A DNA stretch of 18,936 nucleotides from Candidatus Latescibacterota bacterium (GCA_038279365.1 JAYODI010000002.1:25551-44486); one strand, 5' to 3'. Counted from the first letter of the stretch, positions 8,957-17,463 are shown. The notes: generated by a model from the letters alone, not told the origin. Numbers and translations are program-made.

Positions 8957-10018
8957 ATGCAAAAACTTTTTCACTTGTTTCCATTTTTATTGCTCTTGGC
9001 ATTGCTCAGTTGCGCAGATCAGGAAGAACCCTCACAACCTGAAGACACAACACCGTCTCCAACACGCCAAACCAATGTCACCATTCAGGTTGTTACCCCA
9101 GATTCCCTCATCCAATACAGCCGTTTGCCCGCAACCGTTCACCCCTGGCATGATGCCACGATCAGCGCACTTGAATCTGGTGTTGTTTGGAACCTGCAAA
9201 AAGATTTGGGAGACAAGGTCAAACGCGGAGATGTTTTGGCGGAACTCAAATTAGATGTGCTGGAACAAATAGCCATTGAGGCAGAAGCCAATTTGAAGTT
9301 TCAAACTTACAACTTTAAACACAGCCAGCAACTTATGTCCGAGGGCTCCATTTCTGAGCAGGCGCATCAAAATACCGAATACGATTACAAAAGAGCTTTA
9401 TCCAATGCCAAAACCATCAGAACGCGCCTCGATTTTGGTCGTATTCGTGCCCCATTCCACGGCCGCATTGCCCAACGCTTTATCGACAAAGGACAATTGG
9501 TCCCCCAAGGCGGTGCCACATTTCGACTGGTGCAAATAGACAGCGTACGTATTGAGGCCTGGGTATCTGAAAATGAAATTGTCGACTTTGCCAAAGGCCG
9601 CCAAGTTACTCTCACCTTAGATTCATTTCCCAATGAAGTCTTTCAAGGAACCGTTGGAAAAATGGGCACGGCTGCCGATGGCAATCGACGGGTCTTCCCC
9701 ATTGAAGTTCATTTGGCCAACTTTGATGAACGCATTTTGCCTGGCATGATTGGCAAACTTCAAATTCTTCGCCAGATTTATCGACAAGCTGTGGTCGCTC
9801 CTCGCGAAGCTATTTTGGAGCGCGAAACAGGCCCCGTGGCCTTTGTGGCCATCAACAACAAAGCCTATTTACGCCCCCTTGAGTTAGGTGCCGCAGAAAA
9901 TGACAGAGTGGTCGTCAAAAAAGGGCTTACATTCAACGACCTGCTCATTGTTAAAGGCAACCGAGACCTCATCGACGGTGATCCCATTTTGATACAAAAA
10001 ACGGAATCAACGCAATGA
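8957..10018 (+). CDS. RND efflux periplasmic adaptor (membrane fusion protein), lipoprotein
   Basis: Lipobox LLSC after a hydrophobic leader; SGVV..GDKVKRGDVLAEL and IRAPFHGRI lipoyl halves; ILPGM; GAGGA SD. Confidence 0.93.
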   Translation: MQKLFHLFPFLLLLALLSCADQEEPSQPEDTTPSPTRQTNVTIQVVTPDSLIQYSRLPATVHPWHDATISALESGVVWNLQKDLGDKVKRGDVLAELKLDVLEQIAIEAEANLKFQTYNFKHSQQLMSEGSISEQAHQNTEYDYKRALSNAKTIRTRLDFGRIRAPFHGRIAQRFIDKGQLVPQGGATFRLVQIDSVRIEAWVSENEIVDFAKGRQVTLTLDSFPNEVFQGTVGKMGTAADGNRRVFPIEVHLANFDERILPGMIGKLQILRQIYRQAVVAPREAILERETGPVAFVAINNKAYLRPLELGAAENDRVVVKKGLTFNDLLIVKGNRDLIDGDPILIQKTESTQ

Positions 10019-13000
10019 TTATTACTGCCAAAGCCCTGAAATACCGCATAACCGTATATGTCTTTGCAGCCATCTTGACGGTCATGGGCTTGGTGTCTTA
10101 TGTCACCTTGCCCAGAGAGGCCTCCCCAGATATTACCATTCCAGTAATCATTGTCAGCACCGTATATATTGGGGCATCGCCACAAGATATTGAAAATCTC
10201 ATCACCCGCCCCATCGAGCAAGAAGTCCAAAACATCGAAAACATTAAAGTAATCCGTTCTTCATCCATTGAAGGCGCATCCTCTATTACCATCGAATTTA
10301 ACCCCAATGTAGATATCGACGATGCCCTACAACGCGTCAAAGACAAGGTCGATTTGGCCAAATCTGAATTGCCACAAGATGCTGAAGATCCTCTCGTTTT
10401 AGAAATCAATTTTTCAAATATCCCCATGATGCTGGTCACGCTTTCAGGCGATTTTGGTCTAATCCGCCTAAAAGAAATCGCCGAGGATTTGGCAGATGAA
10501 ATAGAAACCATTCCTGGCATATTGGAAGTGCGCATTGCTGGCGGATTGGAACGCGAAGTCAAAGTAGATGTCGATCCAGATCGTTTAACAGCCTATAACC
10601 TGCCCATTCAAGATGTGGTAGATGCTATTCGCAGAGAAAACCTCTCTCTCCCTGGTGGCAGTGTGGAACTGGGCACCTACAAATATACCGTGCGCGTGCC
10701 AGGTGAAATTGAAAATGTGGCCGATATTGGCAAACTCTTAATCAAAGCCAAAAACAACAAACCCATTTATATACGCGATGTGGCAGACATTACGTATGGT
10801 TTTAAAGACCGCGCCACCTATTCACGCCTCAATCAAAAGCCCAGCGTTACCCTTGAAATTATCAAACGCAGCGGTGAAAACCTCATTGGTATTGCCGACC
10901 AAATCAAACAACTCCTCGACGACACCCTTCCCAAACTGCCTCAAGGCACCCAAATGGCCATCTTGGGCGACCAGTCTGAAGATATTCGAATGATGGTAAA
11001 AGATCTCGAAAACAACATCATTTCGGGGTTGCTTTTGGTGGTGGCCGTACTGTTCCTGTTTATGGGCGTTCGGAATGCCGTATTTGTGGGAATTGCCATT
11101 CCATTTTCAATGTTGATGTCTTTTGTTATTCTGTCCATAATGGACATCACCCTCAACATGGTTGTATTATTTAGCCTCATTCTGGCCTTGGGTATGTTGG
11201 TCGATAATGCCATTGTCATTGTGGAAAACATTTATCGCCACCGTCAAGAAGGCAAATCTTCAGATGCGGGTGCATATATTGGCACCAAAGAAGTGGCTTG
11301 GCCGGTCATCACTTCGACATTAACAACACTATGTGCCTTTGCCCCCATGATCGCCTGGCCGGGTATTATGGGTGAATTTATGAAGTATTTGCCCATCACC
11401 CTCATCATTACCCTCTCTTCATCGTTGTTTGTTGGACTTGTAATTAACCCTACTTTTTGTGCGTCCTTTATGAATGTGCAAGGCTCACTTGAGGAAACAT
11501 CCCCCCAATTTCAACGCGTGCTCAACCATTATCAGGGCCGTTTAGAATGGGCGCTCGCTCGGCCCTGGACCACCCTCTCCTTATCATTTGGCACTCTGGT
11601 TGTCGTAATCATTGCATATGTTTTTTTAGGCCACGGCGTTGAATTTTTTCCTGAAGTAGAGCCCAACAAAGCCTATATTGATGTGCGCGCCCCATCAGGT
11701 ACCAATTTGGAAACATCCAATGTGTTGGCTCAAAAAATTGAGAAAATGCTCGAAACCACACCCAATATCAAAACCTACGTGACCAATGTGGGCGTAGGAG
11801 GTGGAAATGAATTTTCTTCGGGAGACAATGTCTCAAACGCCAGCCGAATCAGCATAGATTTTATTGACGAAGCCCTGCGTACAGAATCGTCTTTTGAAAC
11901 TGTGGAACATATTCGCAAAGCATTAACAAGCTTAACGGGTGCAGATATTGAAATATCAAAAGAAAGCTCTGGCCCACCAGTTGGCGCACCCGTAAATGTT
12001 GAAATATCAGGTGAAGACATTCAAATCTTAGGCGAATTGGCGGCCAAAGCCAAACGCATCATCGCTCAAATTCCGGGTGCCGTAGATATTAAGGACGACT
12101 TTGACAAAGGTCGCCCCGAAATTCGCATTCTGATCGACCGCGAAGCCGCCGCATTGGCAGGCTTAAACACATCGGTCATTGCCAGCACGGTTCGCACGGC
12201 TGTTTATGGCGCAGAAGCAACAGAATATCGGGTGGGCGAAGACGAACACGATATTCGGGTGCGCTTTAAACCCGGCAAACGCAACAGTTTGGCCGACTTA
12301 GAACGCATTATGCTTGACGACGATGGCCAAATGGTACCCTTAAGTGCCGTTGCCCGCATAGAAACCGCCGGTGGTTTTGGCAGCATTAAGCGCAAAGATC
12401 TCAAACGCCTCATTGCCATTGAAGGCAAAGTGGCAGGGCGCACCTCAGATGCAGTGATGCAAGATGTACAAGCAGCACTAAAAGACTTCCCCCTTCCTCC
12501 CGGGTATCAAATCAGCTATGCGGGTGAAAACGAAGAACAACAAAAAGCCGCCGATTTTCTGATGCGCGCATTTTTTATGGCACTTTCAGGCATTGCCCTT
12601 ATTCTCATTACCCAATTTAATTCCATCACCCTTCCATTTACCATATTAACATCCGTCATCTTATCTCTTATTGGCGTGCTCATTGGCCTCATTGTAACAG
12701 TCACACCTTTCGGCATCATAATGACAGGCATTGGCGTCATCAGTTTGGCAGGCGTGGTGGTCAACAACGCCATTGTACTCATTGATTATACTTTGCAAAT
12801 TAAGAGCCGAGGTCAAGCGGCTCGTGACGCCATTATTCAAGCAGGCGTCACACGCTTTCGTCCCGTTATCCTGACCGCCATTACCACCATTTTGGGGTTA
12901 TTTCCTTTGGCAACAGGCATCAGTTTTGACTTTTTCACGTTTACCCTCGAAATTGGTGGTCGCAGCAGTCAGTGGTGGGGCCCTATGGCCGTTGCCGTTA

Positions 13001-13149
13001 TTTTTGGTTTGGCATTTGCCACAGCTTTGACACTTATTGTGGTACCCGTCATGATCCATCTCATTTGGCGCATTGTGGGAGAACCCAAAGACAGCGACGA
13101 ACTCGACTCCATCATTGCCCAAGAAGTCACGCACACATCTATCAAGTGA
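10015..13149 (+). CDS. RND efflux permease, AcrB/AcrD/AcrF family
   Basis: 1044 aa with 12-TM RND topology; LPREASPDI; GASPQDIENLITRPIE; GMLVDNAIVIVENI; GVVVNNAIVLID; RFRPVILTAITTILG. ATGA overlap with the MFP stop. Confidence 0.96.
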   Translation: MIITAKALKYRITVYVFAAILTVMGLVSYVTLPREASPDITIPVIIVSTVYIGASPQDIENLITRPIEQEVQNIENIKVIRSSSIEGASSITIEFNPNVDIDDALQRVKDKVDLAKSELPQDAEDPLVLEINFSNIPMMLVTLSGDFGLIRLKEIAEDLADEIETIPGILEVRIAGGLEREVKVDVDPDRLTAYNLPIQDVVDAIRRENLSLPGGSVELGTYKYTVRVPGEIENVADIGKLLIKAKNNKPIYIRDVADITYGFKDRATYSRLNQKPSVTLEIIKRSGENLIGIADQIKQLLDDTLPKLPQGTQMAILGDQSEDIRMMVKDLENNIISGLLLVVAVLFLFMGVRNAVFVGIAIPFSMLMSFVILSIMDITLNMVVLFSLILALGMLVDNAIVIVENIYRHRQEGKSSDAGAYIGTKEVAWPVITSTLTTLCAFAPMIAWPGIMGEFMKYLPITLIITLSSSLFVGLVINPTFCASFMNVQGSLEETSPQFQRVLNHYQGRLEWALARPWTTLSLSFGTLVVVIIAYVFLGHGVEFFPEVEPNKAYIDVRAPSGTNLETSNVLAQKIEKMLETTPNIKTYVTNVGVGGGNEFSSGDNVSNASRISIDFIDEALRTESSFETVEHIRKALTSLTGADIEISKESSGPPVGAPVNVEISGEDIQILGELAAKAKRIIAQIPGAVDIKDDFDKGRPEIRILIDREAAALAGLNTSVIASTVRTAVYGAEATEYRVGEDEHDIRVRFKPGKRNSLADLERIMLDDDGQMVPLSAVARIETAGGFGSIKRKDLKRLIAIEGKVAGRTSDAVMQDVQAALKDFPLPPGYQISYAGENEEQQKAADFLMRAFFMALSGIALILITQFNSITLPFTILTSVILSLIGVLIGLIVTVTPFGIIMTGIGVISLAGVVVNNAIVLIDYTLQIKSRGQAARDAIIQAGVTRFRPVILTAITTILGLFPLATGISFDFFTFTLEIGGRSSQWWGPMAVAVIFGLAFATALTLIVVPVMIHLIWRIVGEPKDSDELDSIIAQEVTHTSIK

Positions 13150-13174
13150 CCTTTTGGCCAGCTAAATGCAACAC

Positions 13175-13196
13175 TTGCGTGATCTGGATCACATCT
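13175..13196. promoter_or_regulatory. CRP/FNR-family-like palindromic operator upstream of purM
   Basis: TTGCGTGATCTGGATCACATCT: CGTGA-N6-TCACA, 16/22 identical to the symmetric CRP consensus AAATGTGATCTAGATCACATTT, within a 90-nt intergenic region. Confidence 0.55.
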
Positions 13197-13239
13197 TCAA
13201 CAACATTAAACCCCTTTATTGCCCTATTTGGAGCTTTTT

Positions 13240-14280
13240 ATGAACAAAACCAAAGCCTATGCCAGTGCGGGTGTCGATATTGATGCCGCAGACCAAACCA
13301 AAAGAAACATCAAACAACTTGTTCGTGGCACCTTTGGCCCAGAAGTATTAACAGACATTGGTGGTTTTGGAGGGTTATTTGCACCAGCCTGGAAAGATTA
13401 CAAAGACCCTGTTTTGGTCTCCAGTGCAGATGGTGTAGGTACCAAACTCAAAATCGCCTTTTTAACAGGCATACACAACACAGTGGGAGCCGATTTGGTC
13501 TCCCACTGTGCCAACGACATCCTCGTGCAAGGCGCGCGCCCCCTATTTTTTCTCGATTATTTGGCTATGGGGCATCACGATTCAGACGTGGCCACCGCTG
13601 TCATTGAAGGCGTGGCCAATGGGTGTAAAGCCTCCAATTGCGCACTCTTAGGTGGCGAAATGGCCGAAATGCCCGATTTCTATGCCCCAGGCGAATACGA
13701 CTTGGCTGGCACCATTGTGGGCATGGTCGACAAAGACCGAATTCTGACGGGAGCAACCATTACAGAAGGTGATGCCTTAATCGGGCTTGCCTCTGATGGT
13801 TTACACACCAATGGCTACAGTTTGGCCCGTAAGCTCCTTTTTGAAACTGCAGGTTGGAATGTCGACACCCATGTAGATGACCTCAATGCCACCGTAGGAC
13901 AAGCCTTACTTGCCCCACATAGAAGCTATGTCACCCCCGCCTTTAAACTAATGGAAACGGTTTCCATTCATGGCATGGCCCATATCACAGGTGGCGGGCT
14001 TAAAGACAATTTGCCACGTATTTTGCCCGATGGTTTAGGTGCGCGCATCCAACGTGGCACGTGGCCCGAATTGCCCATTTTTAAAGTGCTCCAAAATATT
14101 GGCGACGACATTGAAGCCAATGAGCTCTTCCAGGTATTTAACATGGGCATTGGCATGGTCATTGTGGTTCCTTCCGATCAGGCACAAAACGCCCAAGAAA
14201 TCTTGCAAAAAACAGGCGAAAACGCCTATATTATTGGCGAAATCATACCCGATGCAAACAAAGAAGTTCACATCGCCTAA
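13240..14280 (+). CDS. purM: Phosphoribosylformylglycinamidine cyclo-ligase (AIR synthetase)
   Basis: YASAGVDI; IGGFGGLF; DGVGTKL; ND..VQGARPLFFLDY; GGEMAEMP; GLHTNGYSL; HITGGG; FNMGIGM. ATG 13240 lies behind GGAG. Confidence 0.97.
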   Translation: MNKTKAYASAGVDIDAADQTKRNIKQLVRGTFGPEVLTDIGGFGGLFAPAWKDYKDPVLVSSADGVGTKLKIAFLTGIHNTVGADLVSHCANDILVQGARPLFFLDYLAMGHHDSDVATAVIEGVANGCKASNCALLGGEMAEMPDFYAPGEYDLAGTIVGMVDKDRILTGATITEGDALIGLASDGLHTNGYSLARKLLFETAGWNVDTHVDDLNATVGQALLAPHRSYVTPAFKLMETVSIHGMAHITGGGLKDNLPRILPDGLGARIQRGTWPELPIFKVLQNIGDDIEANELFQVFNMGIGMVIVVPSDQAQNAQEILQKTGENAYIIGEIIPDANKEVHIA

Positions 14281-14289
14281 GGATAAGCC

Positions 14290-14472
14290 ATGTTGTTTCG
14301 ATTGCTCTTGCTGGGCCTGTTTTTTGGCGCCATTTTGCGCTTTTTTTGGCGAATGTTTGCGTTCTTCTTGCCTCGGAGGCCCAATGTGGGTAAAGCACAA
14401 TCCAATAAGCGTCAAAAACCGATGGATCTTGACCCGTCACAAATTCAAGATGCAGACTTCAAAGACCTCTAA
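14290..14472 (+). CDS. Small single-pass membrane protein (DUF4834-like architecture)
   Basis: 60 aa: hydrophobic N-terminus, basic linker, C-terminal IQDADFKDL (resembles 'vdfEev'-type tails). AAGGA SD. Fills the purM-MBL gap exactly. Confidence 0.7.
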   Translation: MLFRLLLLGLFFGAILRFFWRMFAFFLPRRPNVGKAQSNKRQKPMDLDPSQIQDADFKDL

Positions 14473-14487
14473 GGGCCGGAGAACAGT

Positions 14488-15207
14488 ATGAACCTTGAGT
14501 TCATCGGAATTGGCAGTTTTTTTGCCAAAAACAATTTCCACAACAACGTGCTCATAAATAATAACATACTCATCGATTGTGGTTTTATGGCCGGGCATGG
14601 ATTACACACCAGTGGTCGCACTTTTGGGCAAATTGAACACATATTCATTACCCACACCCACGCCGATCATATTGGTGGCCTTGAAGAATGTGCCTTTTTT
14701 AACAAATTTGTAAACGGGGGTGCCAAACCCAACTTATATGTGCCTACGCCTTTGTCAGACAAACTCTGGGCCTATTCACTCAGAGGCGGGCTTGAAGATA
14801 TTGAAACTGGTGGTGCAACCCTTGCAGACTATTACAATCTGATTCCAGTAAAAGATGAGTTTGAAATTGAAGACATTCACTTTGAAGTGGTTCCCACCAA
14901 CCACGTGCCCAACCGCTTTTGCTGTGGCCTCAACATCAACAAACGCATTTTCTTTTCGGGCGACACCCAATTTGATGCCGATTTGATTCAAAAATATGGC
15001 ACCAATGCCGAAGTGATCTATCACGACGCCCAATTTTTTACGGGTGGCATTCACGCAAGCCTCGAAGAACTCAGCACCCTCCCCCAATCCCTCCGAAGCA
15101 AAACAACCCTTATGCATTTGCCAGACAACTATGTCGATCATATTGATGCGGCCAAAGAACAAGGGTTTGGCATTGTAGAACAACACAAACCCTACAAGTT
15201 CAAATAG
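14488..15207 (+). CDS. MBL-fold metallo-hydrolase, Apyc1-like cyclic nucleotide phosphodiesterase
   Basis: LIDCG; THTHADH (HxHxDH); TNHV; SGDT; HDAQ; HAS; LMH metal ligands. The extended motifs GSFFAK, HIGGLEE.A..NKFV.GG, LW..SLRGGL and QFFTGG.HASL.EL match the Apyc1 family as I recall it. GGAG SD. Confidence 0.85.
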   Translation: MNLEFIGIGSFFAKNNFHNNVLINNNILIDCGFMAGHGLHTSGRTFGQIEHIFITHTHADHIGGLEECAFFNKFVNGGAKPNLYVPTPLSDKLWAYSLRGGLEDIETGGATLADYYNLIPVKDEFEIEDIHFEVVPTNHVPNRFCCGLNINKRIFFSGDTQFDADLIQKYGTNAEVIYHDAQFFTGGIHASLEELSTLPQSLRSKTTLMHLPDNYVDHIDAAKEQGFGIVEQHKPYKFK

Positions 15208-15220
15208 TGAAGCTTCCCCT

Positions 15221-16282
15221 ATGCCACCAAGAACTGTCAAAAAAACTGCGCGTCAAGCGGGCCTTTCATCTGCACAAGTTCTTGCCGATATCCAAAAAGG
15301 CATACTGCATCCGTTATATTACTTTTATGGGCCAGAAGACTTTGAGCAAGACACGCTCATTCGCACACTGATCGAAACCGCTGTAGAACCGGCGGGGCGC
15401 AGTTTTAACCTCGACACATACCAAGCCGAGGATATGAATATTTCAGAAGCAGTCAACCAAGCCCTAACCTTTCCCATGATGACCAAACGCCGCGTCGTCG
15501 TAATGAAACGCGTAGATAAGTTGCCCGACACCGCAGCACGCGAACTCCTACCCCTAATCGAAAACCCCGTTGAATCAACCGTCTTGATCATTACTGCCAC
15601 CAAGCCCGATGCCCGCAAAAAACTCTTTGTAGAGCTTAAAAAAAATGCATGTGCATTAGAGTTTAAAACCCCTTATGACAACGAAATACCTCGCTGGCTT
15701 CAAAACCGCGGCAAATTTATGGGTGTTAAAATCGACAATGACGCGGCCCAATTGCTCCAAATCAGTATTGGTGGTAACTTGCGAGAGCTCAATACCGAGC
15801 TTGAAAAACTCATCGTCGCAACGGGCAATAACCATATCACCCGTGACGACGTGGCACGGGTGGTGGCAAATACAAGAGGCGTCACGGTTTTTGAACTGGC
15901 AGATGCTGTTGGCCACCGCAAATTGGACAAAGCCCAACACATCTTAAAGCGCATGCTTGAACAGGGTGAAAATGCAGTGGGAATTGTGGCCATGCTCACC
16001 CGCCATTTTACGATATTACGCAAGGCCAAGTGGTTGTCTGGGCAACACATGTCTAAAAATGATATTGCCACACAACTCAAAGTGCCCCCATTCTTTCTCA
16101 GCAACTATTTAGAGCAAACACGCAACTTTGACGACTCGGCACTCTGGGCTTCATTTGAAGCCTTGCTCCATGCCGACAATCGCCTAAAATCCAGTTCGCG
16201 AGCCACCCTCGCCACACTCTCAGATTTGATCTACACCCTTTGTCGTGGGTCTGCCCTTGACAATCTCAAACAAACTTGGTAG
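15221..16282 (+). CDS. holA: DNA polymerase III subunit delta
   Basis: PLYYFYGPEDF; FNLDTY; TFPMM..RRVVVMK; DARKK; GNLRELNTELEKL; VFELADA; ADNRLKSS. Confidence 0.93.
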   Translation: MPPRTVKKTARQAGLSSAQVLADIQKGILHPLYYFYGPEDFEQDTLIRTLIETAVEPAGRSFNLDTYQAEDMNISEAVNQALTFPMMTKRRVVVMKRVDKLPDTAARELLPLIENPVESTVLIITATKPDARKKLFVELKKNACALEFKTPYDNEIPRWLQNRGKFMGVKIDNDAAQLLQISIGGNLRELNTELEKLIVATGNNHITRDDVARVVANTRGVTVFELADAVGHRKLDKAQHILKRMLEQGENAVGIVAMLTRHFTILRKAKWLSGQHMSKNDIATQLKVPPFFLSNYLEQTRNFDDSALWASFEALLHADNRLKSSSRATLATLSDLIYTLCRGSALDNLKQTW

Positions 16283-16285
16283 GTT
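16257..16285 (+). promoter_or_regulatory. Sigma70 promoter for trxA embedded in the holA 3' end
   Basis: TTGACA (16257-16262), 17-nt spacer, TAGGTT (16280-16285) preceded by TGn. The TAG of the -10 element is the holA stop codon. Confidence 0.6.
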
Positions 16286-16415
16286 AGCCAAGTTTGGAAA
16301 AAAGTGCTTGCAAATGTTACGGTTTATTTTTTAGATAGACAGGCCATTTTAATCCAAACACCTTCATTGTTATTGTCTTATGACAACCAACCATTTAAAG
16401 AAAGGGGTAAAATAC

Positions 16416-16742
16416 GTGGGAAGCCCTTTAAATGTGACAGACGAAAATTTTCAATCCGAAGTGGTCGACTCCAATGTGCCCGTTCTCGTCGATTTTTGGG
16501 CAACGTGGTGTGGCCCTTGCCGTATGATTGCACCATCCATTGAAGAATTGGCCAATGAATTTGAAGGTCGCGTGAAAGTGGTGAAAGTGGATGTTGACAA
16601 TGCTCAAAAAACAGCTCAAGGATTTGGCATTCGCAGTATTCCAACCTTGCTGATTTTTAAAGATGGCAAAGTTGCCGATCAACTCGTTGGCGCTGTGCCC
16701 AAAACAGCAATTGAAGACAAATTGAACACGGTTCTCGCTTAG
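16416..16742 (+). CDS. trxA: Thioredoxin
   Basis: [29 protein letters not shown]. Start placed at GTG 16416 behind the SD-like AAAGGGG, giving a typical 108-aa protein. Confidence 0.96.
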   Translation: MGSPLNVTDENFQSEVVDSNVPVLVDFWATWCGPCRMIAPSIEELANEFEGRVKVVKVDVDNAQKTAQGFGIRSIPTLLIFKDGKVADQLVGAVPKTAIEDKLNTVLA

Positions 16743-16752
16743 TTCATACTCT

Positions 16753-16794
16753 TAAAAAAGCGGTGGAAAGATATCTCTTTCCACCGCTTTTTTA
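16753..16794. terminator. Bidirectional intrinsic terminator between convergent trxA and fliL
   Basis: TAAAAAAGCGGTGGAAAGA-TATC-TCTTTCCACCGCTTTTTTA: a perfect 19-bp inverted repeat with A6/T6 tracts. Confidence 0.93.
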
Positions 16795-16810
16795 TTACCT
16801 ACACAGCGTT

Positions 16811-17362
16811 CTATTGTGCAATAAATCGTTCAAAATAAACATTTGTTACCGTTCCATCATTTAACAAACCCGATGCATTGACCTTGGCCGCTAACCTTTC
16901 ACGCAGGGGCCCACGCTCAGAAGCATCATCCAACTCACGAAAGTTTGTCATATTTAAAGTCTCGCGAATCGTCTCCCTGACCTTTGCACCGGCCACCGGA
17001 TCCATTTTCAAAAAATCAAATGTTTCTTGACTGTCCAATTCCAAAGTCATTTTAATATTGAGATAACGAATGGTGTGATAATCTTGGGGGTTCACCGTCA
17101 TTTCATCTATGCTAAACAAAATAGGCACGTCAACCGGAACGGGCTCCCGTTTGACGTTTTTAGCCTCTTTCTGAACCTGTTCCGATGTCTCGTCTTCTCC
17201 CAAATACCACGGTATAATCTGTTGTGTCACCAAAACGTAAGCCACAACGCTTTGCCCCACCAAGACCAAAACAGCCAATATAATAAATTGCTTCAACCAA
17301 GCGCCTTTGGGTTCACCCACTGGATCGCCTATGTCTTGCTCATTTTCTGCTTCTTCTGCCAT
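16811..17362 (-). CDS. fliL: Flagellar basal body-associated FliL family protein
   Basis: MAEE acidic N-terminus, single TM segment, then DEMTVNP...RYLNIKMTLEL, KVRETI, EL....R..LRERLAAKVN and C-terminal VTNVYFERFIAQ. The start is uncertain (17362, 17365 or 17374). Confidence 0.88.
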   Translation of the reverse strand: MAEEAENEQDIGDPVGEPKGAWLKQFIILAVLVLVGQSVVAYVLVTQQIIPWYLGEDETSEQVQKEAKNVKREPVPVDVPILFSIDEMTVNPQDYHTIRYLNIKMTLELDSQETFDFLKMDPVAGAKVRETIRETLNMTNFRELDDASERGPLRERLAAKVNASGLLNDGTVTNVYFERFIAQ

Positions 17363-17391
17363 CATCAACCCCATTCCATCAAGATTTTGCC

Positions 17392-17420
17392 TTGCCTCGC
17401 AAACACGCGCCTGTTATCTT
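17392..17420 (+). promoter_or_regulatory. Putative sigma70 promoter for the galU-like gene
   Basis: TTGCCT-17 nt-TATCTT with TGn extension (TG at 17412-17413). Confidence 0.55.
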
Positions 17421-17434
17421 CTTTCACGTAAAAA

Positions 17435-17463
17435 ACATTACGACACAACCCATTCCCTGTCAA
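17435..17463 (-). promoter_or_regulatory. Putative sigma70 promoter for fliL
   Basis: Minus strand: TTGACA (17463-17458), 17-nt spacer, TAATGT (17440-17435). Confidence 0.55.

Noticed and set aside
13219-13239. TTG start at 13219 for purM
   Set aside because: GGAG precedes ATG 13240, which gives the typical PurM N-terminus.
13150-13239. Purine/ZTP riboswitch or PurR box upstream of purM
   Set aside because: The region is only 90 nt, with no recognisable aptamer consensus, terminator or PurR-type motif. Only the CRP-like palindrome stands out.
14488-15207. Prophage or anti-defence island around the Apyc1-like gene; beta-lactamase call
   Set aside because: The flanks are core genes (purM, holA) with tight spacing, and there is no integrase, att-like repeat or phage gene. 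The protein has no signal peptide, and its motifs fit the phosphodiesterase branch of the MBL fold.
16380-16415. ATG 16380 start for trxA
   Set aside because: It has no SD. GTG 16416 has one and yields the canonical thioredoxin length.
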